A stretch of 64,000 nt of DNA from Podarcis tiliguerta (Eukaryota). The notes beneath the pieces are model-generated. The model had not been told where the DNA came from and did no database searches. It saw nothing but the letters and a program-made list of their open reading frames with translations. Positions 18,401 to 30,400 of the stretch are shown one piece after another. Position 1 is the first letter of the stretch. The number at the start of each line of letters is the position of its first letter. The position numbers were made by a program, and so were the translations under genes. The stretch lies in the NCBI GenBank assembly GCA_965153285.1, contig OZ229119.1, one strand, 5' to 3'.

Positions 18401-21400
18401 ACAGAGCCTAGGGCTTCCCATCAGAAGGTCGGCGGTTCGAATCCCTGCGACGGGGTGAGCTCCCGTTGCTCGGTCCCTGCTCCTGCCAACCTAGCAGTTC
18501 GGAAGCACGTCAGAGTGCAAGTAGATAAATAGGTACCGCTCTGGTGGAAAGGTAAACGGCATTTCCGTGCGCTGCTCTGGTTCACCAGAAGCGGCTTAGT
18601 CATGCTGGCCACATGGCTCCCTCGGCCAATAAAGCGAGATGACCCCAGAGTCGGCCATGGCTGGACCTAATGGTCAGGGGTCTCTTTACCTTTACCCTTT
18701 ACCTTCTTGTGCTAATGTAGCCAAAACCATAAACGGTAAGTTACACACAAGAGGGAAGTATTGGCAGACTCAGGGTATCCCAAAGTATGTACAAGAAGGG
18801 AAAAGCCTCCTGCTGAAACAAACCTAAAGGAGAACAACAAAGAAAACAAGTATCAACAGGCTTGATGCTTATACTAATTACAAAATAACACAAATTATTG
18901 TGGAGCAATTACATTGTTGTTTCTGTTTTTAAATGAATTATTTTGTTTTATATTTATTCTGGGCTTCCCTGAATAAGCTATGTGTGGTGCACCTAGTTCC
19001 CCCATTTCATGGCTGAGTGAGAATTTGAATTTGGGTCTTCCTAATTCGCCCCTTTGCCTGTGTTAACCCTACCAATCCTTCCTGCTCCTGGTTATCAAAT
19101 AAGGCTGACAATCTCACCTGTACCTTGCTTCCTTCCCAGGATCCCCCTTCCGCCCGTTGTTGCAAAATATCCCTGTCAATAACTCAGGCAGAGATCTTGC
19201 AAGAACAATCAGTATTCTTCTTCTGAAGAGTTTCTGCCTGCTGCCCATTGGTGGCCTAAGAGTCTGCCCACCTACTATGTCTTTTGTCTGAGACCATGCT
19301 CAGTGTTCCATTGGCATTGGAAACTTGGTTAGCACCACAGGGCTTTTTTGGGGAAGCTCAGTTGGCCCCCTCTCATTGCTTTTCTGAAGTTCTGTTAATG
19401 CCTTTCCCCTTTCTTGTTCTGAGCTATATTCTACTTGTGCCTGTTTTTTCATATGATTATGTGTTGATTAAATTATGTTTTTAACTTGTGATTGTGAGCT
19501 GCCTTAGGGACTCCACGCGGAACCCCATGTGGATAAATTATTTTATATTCCATGCACCTGCCTGTCAATTTGACTGTTTACTCAAGGGAAATTGTGAAAA
19601 TAATAGGCGCTTTCATCACTGTAGATTTCACTTCTGCTATGCAGCTGCAATACACCAAGGCAAGATAGTGACCCATCTGTCTTCTTTCACCCACCACCCC
19701 AAACTTTAGGTGATCAATGCCTGATTCTTGGGTTTTAAGCAAGATTCACACTTTGATGCCTTAGTATCTGTGGATTTTTGTCAAGGGTATTTTAAACTTG
19801 TGGTATTACCCACTCCCCTGTTTGACGAAAGGTTGTTCCATATGTCTGGCAAAGCCTACTTTTTATTGTTAAGATGGTTTGAGCATACTTATAACACCAA
19901 TCCTGGCTCAATTACACTGGCTTCCATTTAGTTCTAGGTCCAATTCAAAGTGCTTGTTTTGACACATAAAGCCTTAAATGGCTCAGGACTGCAATGTTGT
20001 TGTTTAGTCATTTAGTCGTGTTCGACTCTTCGTGACCCCATGGACCAGAGCACGCTAGGCACTCCTATCTTCCACTGCCTCCCGCAGGACTGCAATACAG
20101 TACCTCAAAAAACTGACTCTCCCCATATGAACTGACCCCAACCCTGTGATCATCATCCAAGGCCCTTCTTTATGTGCCTCCATCTCAAGAGGTCTGAGGG
20201 TGGCAATGTGAGAAAAGGCCTTTTATGTGGTGGCTCCCTACTTGTGGAATGTTCTTCCTAGGGAGGCCTGCCTGGCGCCTTCATTATGTATCTTCAAGTG
20301 CCATGCAAAAACTTTCATCTTCTCCTAGGCCTTTGGCTAATTAAAGAATATATGGCATTTTAAGCTATGTATGTGGGTGGATTATTGTTTATGTTTGTTA
20401 CTATGTTATGTATTTTTGTGCTTTTATATTGTAAACTGCCCTGTGGTCCTCAGATGATGGGAGATATAGAAATTCAATGAATGAATGAATGAAATATGTT
20501 GTGAGAAGCTTAAGCACCCTCTTTTTCTAAGCATATTTGGGCCTCTCCCCCTTTACCTCTTATTAGCTGGATGACAATAAGTGTCAGACTCCTGAGATGA
20601 GGCAATCCTTTCTGAATTTTCAGTGAAATCCCAAACTGCATGTGTTCACTGTGTGTACCGTTACACAAAACAGATGGACTTATTTAGTCTAGAGCGCTTA
20701 ATTGCTTCTTGAGTGTGAGCCAACCTACACTTTTATTCCTAGTTGATATTAATCTTTTTAACTTTCAAAAGTTCTATCATCTGGTTTAAGCAACAACACA
20801 AGCCATTCCTTTCGCTCACACTTTTTCCCTATGCTAACCACTAGGTGGTGCTCTGCTCCTTAGCTAGTGGAAAGAGCAGCATTAATCATAAATCACTAAG
20901 CCAAAGCATGCTAGAGGCCTCTCTACTCCTGGGGCACCCAGTTTGTTTTTTTTTAATGGTAGAATACATCTTTGTTCTTTGCCTGACCTGAAGAGTGACA
21001 TCACTGCCTTTCTTCCTGTTGCACTGTAGCTGCTTGACTCACAGTCTTTGACACAAGCCAGATGGCTGCAATTGGTAGGCGCACAGGCTGCCTGGTACTA
21101 CAGTTGATGAAACAGAATAGGAAGACGTTTTATGATCAGCTGCGGGAGCACAATAAGACTCCAGCTTTGCTAGGTAATTACGTTTTCACTGCACACTTTT
21201 ATTCCTCATGGTGAAGGTTGCTTGGGAGAAAAGATTACATTTTTATTTGTGTGTTTGGAATGCATATACCTTTGATCTTTTATTAGTCAGTAGTCTGCTC
21301 CAGAGGAATGTTAGTTGGGTGTTTTTTGGTGTGTTTTTTTTAAAGAAAGGAAACAAAAAAGCAGTTCTGCAGTCACTCGTGGAAATGACATGTTTATTTA

Positions 21401-24400
21401 TGTTTAATGGTTCTCTCAGGCTATTCATTGCAGTACTTACCTTCTCACTCTTCCTCCCCACCTCTCCATTTAGGAACTCACAAATGTTTCATTTCCATCG
21501 CTTTCTAAGTCAGCGTTCAGCCATGCTAATTCAAGCAGGGTTTTTATTGTTATGGTAGTTGTTGGTACTTCAAACTGATTTAATAATACATATATTGATG
21601 CTTCTTATGTAAAGGGACTGGAAGAAGCAACATGCAACTTCCCCTTTGCTTGACGTAGGGGAAGTAGAAACAGTCATCCTTCTTGTACAGTGGTACCTCG
21701 GGTTACATACGCTTCAGGTTACAGACTCCGCTAACCCAGAAATAGTGCTTCAGGTTAAGAACTTAGCTTCAGGATGAGAACAGAAATCGTGCTCCGGCGG
21801 CGTGGCAGCAGCGGGAGGCCCCATTAGCTAAAGTGGTGCTTCAGGTTAAGACCAGTTTCAGGTTAAGTACGGACCTCCGGAACGAATTAAGTACTTAACC
21901 CGAGGTACCACTGTACATATTTAGGGTGACCGCATATCCTACTTTAGAGGACAGTTCTCTGAAGAAGTGGTCAAAATCCATTTTTAAGGAGAAGGAACAA
22001 CAAGGGGCCCTCTCAGTTAGTTCATGGAGAGCAGACTGCAGACACCACAGGTCACCTGGTCACTGTAACAAGATGTATTTCGTTTAAGCTAGGAGATGCC
22101 TCTAAATTTGCATCCTAGAAGATTTCACACCAATAACATATCCTCTTCCATCCACACCTTTGGTGATGTGTAACTGGGTAACCTTTGCATGCCTTTTACA
22201 TTGCATAACTAATGCGTGCGCGCACACAATGCAAATGGAAGGGATTGGATCCCAAGGTTTGTGTGAGTAGAAGGCCATTCATGCAGCAGATCTTTCCTGT
22301 CTCATCCAGACCATGCATCTCTGGAGCACAGACTGTAGTGTGGGGTGGGAGCTACTGTTGTGGGGAAAGGGAATCACTGACAATTGGGAGGATACCTGTT
22401 GCATGAGTGTAGTTCTGCTTTCACAAGGTGCCTTCTCTTGCATAACTTTTGGATTCAATCTCATGTTTTTCAGAACTTAAAGAGGGAGCAAAGAAGATAT
22501 AACTGTTTCCCACCAGGGCCTTCCTCCTACTCTTTCAGTCTTTGCACACAGGTTTCTAGGCTGTTGGTGTGCCCTGATTTAGTGTACTCATGATGCCCAC
22601 AAGCCAAATGAAAATGGTGTCAATTTCCATGTTGATCCTGTTTGGCCAAATTACACATCAGGGAATTATCATGGAGGCCATAGATGATACTTTACAAAAA
22701 AGGAATTGCCCAGGTTCTTGTACAAACATCTGCGAAACTTTGCCTCCCTTTCTACTGCTTCCTGCAACTTTAGTTTACCTTCAGATTACAGGCGGATGAA
22801 GTTGTTGTCACGATGCAAAATTAGTGCAGCTAATAAAATGTTTTCTTATACAAAGTGTGCAATCTATTGCAAACTCCTGGATATTCAGATGAATGGGAAT
22901 AGCAGAAGAGAGATGCAGCCTTGCACAATCTGTTTTATTGCAGCCTGCCAACTAGAAGTTTCTTTTTGGTTTGCATTGCAGAAACTTAGGAAAAGATTCT
23001 ATGTTTATTTCATAGGGTAACTGCACTTTGCCAACTCTTGTAACAAATTTCCAGTCCCCTCAGATTAACTTTCCTCTCTGCATCTCTTGCTCTTTGACCA
23101 AAGGCCTCAGTGCAGTGTTCATGGGATTACACCATTTAAATATGATGACAGGGAAATTGTTAAAAGTACTCAACAGTTTCAAAGTGCCTATTATTTGTGT
23201 AACACTATCTGCCCCATTATTTTGAAGGGACCTGGAACATTCATGTAATCTCATAATAAGTGAAAAAGAAAAGTTCTGTGTTTTATTTTCTGAATTTTTC
23301 ATGAGATCATTTCCCAATCATCCTTGAATCCCCCTTTTTTTGTGTCTTGTATTTTAGTAAGGTGCATCAACGCCTGGTGCAGTCAGTGTGTTTGCTTATT
23401 ATGTTATCAATCATGCTAATGTAATCAAGCATAAAAGCCTGACGGCAAGGAATTAGATAAAATTACTTATGAATGTGTATTTGGAATGTTAGTCTTGTAT
23501 TTTCCTTTCATTAAAAAAAAAAATCATAACCACCAGTTTTGCTGTGAATGTATCTAACATTTTTGATGTTTTAATTTTATTTTCATCTTTTTTTTTCTCC
23601 CTTACTCAGCTCTTGCCCCTGTTCTTTGCCTCTGGTTGTGTTGGTGAGGATATTACAGTGATGTCTGCATTCAACCTTCTGCATTTGGTGACAAAGAGCC
23701 AGCCAGTGGCCCTGCGAGCCTGTGGGCTTCCCTCAGGTTGAATGGCTGCTACTTGTTGTGGTCATGCATATGGAGGTCCCTCTTAGTGACGTGGGTGCCT
23801 CTGCTACAGTAAATACTATGCCATGCTTTGCTAAACTGCTAGCTATCTAAAACGTCTGAAGCTGAAAGTATTTGTTAAAGAGACACCATGCTTTACAGCT
23901 ATGTTGAAAAATTACTTGAGAAATGTCTTGGAGGCCCATACATGACACAATTCCTTTAGATTTGACGTTTCTCAGTTCACAAAGAAATAAAAAAACAACA
24001 ACCCCAATATATTTGTCCTGTAAATAATAGTCACATTAAATACTCCCCTAGCAATACATAAGCAATACAGTCGTACCTTGGAAGTTGAACGGAATCCGTT
24101 CCGGAATTCAGCTTCACTTCCAAAACGTTCGGAAACCAAAGCGCAGCTTCTGATTGGCTGCAGGAAGCTCCTGCAGCCAATCGGAAGCCCCGCTGGACAT
24201 TCGGGTTCCAAATCGGAACACTCACTTCCAGGTTTGCTGCATTTGGGAGCCAAAACGTCCGAGTAAAATTGACTCAATAAGTGTCATAGTTTCCACTTCA
24301 AAACACTAGCACCTACTTTCCAGTCTAGATGTACTTAAGTGTACATTAATGAGGGAGAATGGAATTAGTAATATGGCATATATATCTATAAGTAGTCACT

Positions 24401-27391
24401 GCCTTCTGTATTAGAAATTAGAGCTGGTCTGACTTTTTTTGTTCACCTTTTTGTAACAGATTTGCACTTTAAGATAGTTTATGAATCTCTTCAGAGCAAT
24501 CTGCTTCCCCTCTCACCCAATACCCTCCCTTGTTCCAAGCCTATCACAGTTTATGCCACCTTATTGGCCTCTTCCTAATATTCCTATTCATCTGGAATAA
24601 ATCTTATTTTTCTGCAGGAAATATTAGAAGTTATATGTTTATATAATTGAGGTGTTTTTATTTTTTCCCCAATGCACAAAATTGGGCTTATTTAGAAACG
24701 ACTTAGTTTTAAATTAACACATGTTCTGTAGAGATTTCAGCCTAAAAGTTAATTGCTCCAGATTTCCAGTAGATGGCACTAATTATGTATTCTTTTGAAT
24801 ATTTTAAATAGAATTATCCCTCTCCAAACAAGAAATCTTTCACATGCAGACTTAATCTTGTTTGAAAAGCAATTCTCATCTAGAAAATATATCAATAGTG
24901 TTCTACTTGACAATTGAATAATCTAACAATATTTGAGAATTCATTACACTTTTGTGTCCCAACATTTTCTGTGAATATACAGATAAATTTTGTTTTATAA
25001 AAACTTTAATGTAAATTTGTAAGGATAAAATAAAACCTTTATTCATATGTATTTATACAAAACTTTAAAATATATTTTCTGTAGCAGAGCACCATATTTA
25101 TATAGGGGGGAACTGACTTTGCTTTGCTGTGAGTTTGCATTTTATAAGCTCAATCATCTCTTTTTCTCATTCACACTTTATGTTGCTTGCATCACCTTTT
25201 GCATGTAGTAGAAAGCTATTCTTCTTGCTCTTAGAAGTCTAGAAAAGTAGAATTACATGTATAATTTCTAGATACATTAATTGTTAAGATGTCTGAAAGA
25301 CATGGATGCTTCTTAACACTAAAGTTTTTAAATACTGTGCAGTGTTTAATTACTAGAATATTTAAATACCATTTATAAAATATTTTCTAAGTTCACAGTG
25401 GAAATTACAATACAGGTATTGGGCATATCATGTTATTTTTTTGGTATGTTTTTAATGTTGAATTTTGTTTTCTTTTAATTGACTTTAATAATAATTAGGC
25501 AGTTTTAATGAGAAAATGAACTCTTACAAAGTCGTCAAGTAGCTTGTTGAGACGACTTTAATGATAATGGGAAATACAAAATTCAGCCACATCTGTCAAG
25601 CACTAAATATGTTTTGAGTATAATACCTATCAAAAAGGAAGATGCAAAACTGTTCAAATCTAGTGGGGGTTTTTATACAAAAGTCCTTTAGCAGATAGAT
25701 GTTTTTAAAAATCCTAGTAAGATGTATAGTGAACCTATTTGCCTCAACTTGAGCGTCACAGTTTTAAACACAGAATTCAAATTGTTGGATATTTAATCTT
25801 AAACTAATTTCAGTCTTTTCCTTGCTGTGAGTCTGTTTACTGTGACCACAACTTGAGAGCTGAACTTGTTCCTGTCCTAGTTATTTAAAGTGGTTTCTTT
25901 TACACATTTTAAAGAGTTCTAGACAATCTCTCTATTAAAAACAACATCCAAACTAGGAGATGAAGGGCCCTTTACTGTTTGAGGTCATCAGTGAGGTGTT
26001 TCAGAGAGGCTAAAGTACAGTCTCATATCTTCTGATCTAAAAACGTCCCTCCAATTTGTCCTTCTTGAAGATGGGTCCCTGAGTAAGCAATGGTCCAGTT
26101 CCAGGAACACATGGTTACATCTGTACCAGTTCAATATTTGGTCAGGAAATAACATTAAGACTGTGCTTTTGACCTTGATTGTTTGTCTTCTGGTGTCTAT
26201 GTTTGGGAGCTGGATATGGGTGAACCAAGTGAAATTAACTCCAGACACTATAGAAGTAGTAATGATTGGGAGGTTTCATAATATAGAGCATGTTGGCACT
26301 CACATCATTGTTCAAAGTGTCAGCAATGTACATCCTCTGGTCACTTAAAGATAAAGGTAAAGGTACCCCTGACCGTTAGGTCCAGTTGCGGACGACTCTG
26401 GGATTGCGTGCTCATCTCGCTATTCAGGCCGAGTGAGACAGTGTTTGTCCTTAGATAGCTTCTGGGTCATGTGGTCAGCATGACGAAACCACTTCTGGTG
26501 AACCAGAGCAGCGCACGGAAATGCCGTTTACCTTCCCGCCGGAGTGGTATCTACTTGCACTCGATGTGCTTTTGAACTGCTAGGTGGGCAGGAGCAGGGA
26601 CCGAACAACAGGAGCTCACGCCACCGCGGGGATTCGAACTGCCGACCTTCCAATCGGCAAGCCCTAGGCTCTGTGGTTTAGACCACAGCGCCAACCGCGG
26701 CTTGCAGTGTTTGATGTGCTCCTATATTACTCTTCATTGAGTCCAGATATTCAGGTCGCAGTGGGTAGGCATGTACATTGTGGCCCTCTTTCAGAGATGG
26801 ACCTCATAGCCATCATGCATAGCTTCATAATCCTGACATGATCCACCCTAAGGCACTTTGTGTGGCGCTACCATTGGTAGTGGTTCATAAGCTGCAGCTG
26901 GTGCAGAACATTTGACCTTTCTTACGTGGAGAGCCTAGTTATAATCATAATGTATTGTGATTGACAGCACTCCAATGCCTGCACTGGCTTCCTGCTGCCT
27001 CCCAGACTCAATCTCAGGTGCTGCTGATTATTCCAACGGACCTAAATAATCTTGTCAAAACACACCCCACTGTTTTATTATATCATGACCTTTTTCATTT
27101 GAACAGTTCAGTTAAGCACAACATCTAGTATGTGCGAAGTCGCGATTGCCCAGGAACTTTGGCAAAACCCAAGTTTCTACACCTGCTTGAAAGTCCAGAA
27201 AGGCCCCAACACGGCTTACAAATAAGGAAACAGAGAGCAAAACACTATATAACAATAAAGTGGCGTCAGATACTGTATATATAAATACAGAAAAATACAT
27301 TTAAAAGTTTTAGAATGCCAGGGCTTCCCTATTGTTTCATTCTAGAGAAGAAGTACTCAGGATTTGCTGGAATTTATTTTTACATTTGTTT

Positions 27392-27428
<37 letters not shown>

Positions 27429-30400
27429 AGTCGTAACTAGTTTTGAGTGATGGAGAGGTAGTGTATAAATATTTGAAATAAGTGTGATTTAAAAACAAAT
27501 AAACTCACTCTTTGAAGGCTAGTTGTTCCTCCACAGTTTTTAAAAGATCCCCCCCCCCCAAAGAAAAGCCTGACTGGAATATTGGTAAAAAAATTAGTGA
27601 ATATTAGAACAGTAAAAATCAGTAGAAAAATACTGGGAAGGTTGTACTGAAAGAATCAATCTACAAAATGTAAGCATGGCAACAATAATAATAAATTTAT
27701 AAGATATTTTGTAATTTGTTATGTTTTATAAAAATGATACAAATACCCTCTGAAATGATATAATGGATGAATGCAAAGATGAAGTGCAGTCCTTCATCTT
27801 TTAATTCTTATAAACAAATTAAAGAAGACCTTTTTGTTCAGTCAAACTTTTGGTAGCCTGGGACAAATTGAGATAAGACAAAAAGGGTTTGTTTTTGTTT
27901 TTTTATTGGACTTTGGAGCTTTGTTCTACCATTGCTACTAATTATGAACCTCCAGAGATGGAAGTGGGCCACATAAAATAAAATAAATAGTCTTTTTGTA
28001 GTCCTGGATTTAGATTGGAAGCTAAATTATAAAACTAAGAGATTGCATAGGGCAACATTGCTTGGTCTGTGGGTTTTTAACGTTGATCCCCAAACAGGTC
28101 AAAACAGTGTTGCATGCATGAGTAATGTAGGTTCTTATTTTGCTTTTAGGTAAACTTCTGAAAGACTTATTAGTGCAAGAAAACAGCAGAGTCTGTGAAT
28201 GTAAACCTCCACCACTTGACTTCTTAAAATAATCAACATAACCTTGTAAAGCACAAACCTCACTCACAGTTCGGAAACAATATTTATATTTAAGGTTGAG
28301 AAGCCAGGATGTAGGAAAATCTTGCTAATTTGTAAGGTGACCTTTAAGTGCACAAAACCCAAATAATTTGTCGCTTATGAAACAGGACATTCCTGAAAAA
28401 TTTGGGTGAGTACTTGCATAGTGAATCTTGTAAGACAAAGGAATCTGGAATAAAGTCTTTATCCTCCTCCGAAATAAGATTTAAACCTACAATGGGGTTA
28501 ACAACAGTGGTCTTTCAAAGACTCCTATTAAAATGAGGGCTCTGCAGCCGTTAATGAGAGAGCTCAAAGTAGAAAACTTGAGTTTTTAAAAGAATGGCAA
28601 GATCAAAAGTAATTTCTAATCTGTGAGATAAAAGTTTCTTTCTAGTACCTTGCAAGTTAATAACAAAGCTTGCAATGTCTACTGTTTACTCCAATCAAAT
28701 ACTTTTAAATGTTCTTCTTTCTGCCTGCAAAGGGATAATCAGTAGTGACCAGAAGTGTGTATGTTTAAATTATATATTTATTTATTTATATATATAAAGA
28801 TGGAAATGGAATAAAGGGGAGGGGGGAAAAGAAACATCTTTCCTTAAATTATTTGAAAGCATCTGTTCTTTAAGCTACTTTTTATGAACACTTCTTAGTA
28901 ATGAGTGAAGGTAAAAAAGCAGAAAAGCATCCAATGTTAGGAAATTGCAATCCAATACCATGTAATTTAAACCTGCCGTTTCTTCTCTTGTACTAAATGA
29001 CATACAGATGGATAACTCTGGTCACTCTACTTTGAGAACACAATTGCTTTCTTTATGAGCATATATCTATTACTAACAAACTTTTGTCAAGACTGTTTAT
29101 TTCTAATCAAGCATAACTCCTTCAGTAATTAGAAAAACTCATTTTGAAAAACATTAGTTTTTCAGACCCAGGCTAACTGTAGACACTTCAAAAGTTTTGA
29201 TTTTCCTAAAACACCTGTGTGGCTTTTGAATATAATTTTAAATACATGTATTTGTAGCCTAACTTCAGTAGTATATGGCCAAAAACTAAAGTTTTTATAG
29301 GGTATTTAATGCCTTCCCTCCCCACCTGCCCATCCAACAACAGGATTCTTTAAAATATATATTTTATGGTGATTTTGTCTTGTCAAACAACCCCATATTC
29401 ATACTGTTAAAAATAATTAAGTTAGATATTTTGAAAATGTTGACATCTCTATGGTAGCTTTTGTTACGTGAATGGTGCCACAGACCCCCTGAGTGGGCTA
29501 CGTGGACCCCCAATTGGGAACCACTGGTCTAGCGCAATGTGAGCAAGCATGAATGAGCCACAACAAACCTTGGGGTTTGTTGAAATCATGGTTTCTAGTT
29601 GGCTTGTGTCAGACAAACTATACTTAATATTAACCACAGTTTGTTGGCTCTGACAAAACAACAAAGTGAGGTGTTGTGTTGTTGTTTAGTCGTGTCCGAC
29701 TCTTCGTGACCCCATGGACGAGAGCACGCCAGACACTCCTGTCTTCCACTGCCTCCTGCAGTTTGGTCAAACTCATGTTCGTAGCTTCGAGAACACTGTC
29801 CAACCATCTCGTCCTCTGTCGTCCCCTTCTCCCTGTGCCCGCAATCTTTCCCAACATCAGAGTCTTATCCAGGGAGTCTTCTTTTCTCATGAGGTGTAGC
29901 AAAAGTCAAAGATTCCAAGTACCTCCTCCTAGTAAAGAAGTGCATAGGGAGAGGTGAAGGAATGTGCAAGGGCTCATTCATGTTGTGCTAAACTGTGGTT
30001 TTGAGTAATGTCCAAACACAGCCAATAGCTCTTCCAAATTCTTCCAAATCCTTCCCTATCCTGCTGCTTTCGATAACCTGGTTTTTGTCATTTAACATAG
30101 ACTGGATCATTTTATTTTGCTTAATCATTTTAATGACTCAGAAGACTGTTAATAAATCACACCACTGCCATCAACCACTGTACATAAGCACTTCGAGGTT
30201 TTATTACAATCAAGGGGTGCATAAATCCTGTTAAATAAATAACAACATATTCTATAAGTCAAGGGTCGCCAACTTGGCATCCATGGCTGCAGGGGCACCC
30301 TTGAGGTCTTCCCCGGAATCTGCAACGCCCCTGAGCTGACCCACTCACTGCCCTCTTGGTGATGAATTGGTCACCTTTTTATCTTTTGAAAAGTACACGG

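Noticed and set aside
23656-23660. Internal CAG that would fuse the ER signal in frame to the mitochondrial ATG (G|TG ATG)
   Set aside because: The preceding sequence (ggtgaggatatta) has no polypyrimidine tract, so use is unlikely without RNA evidence.
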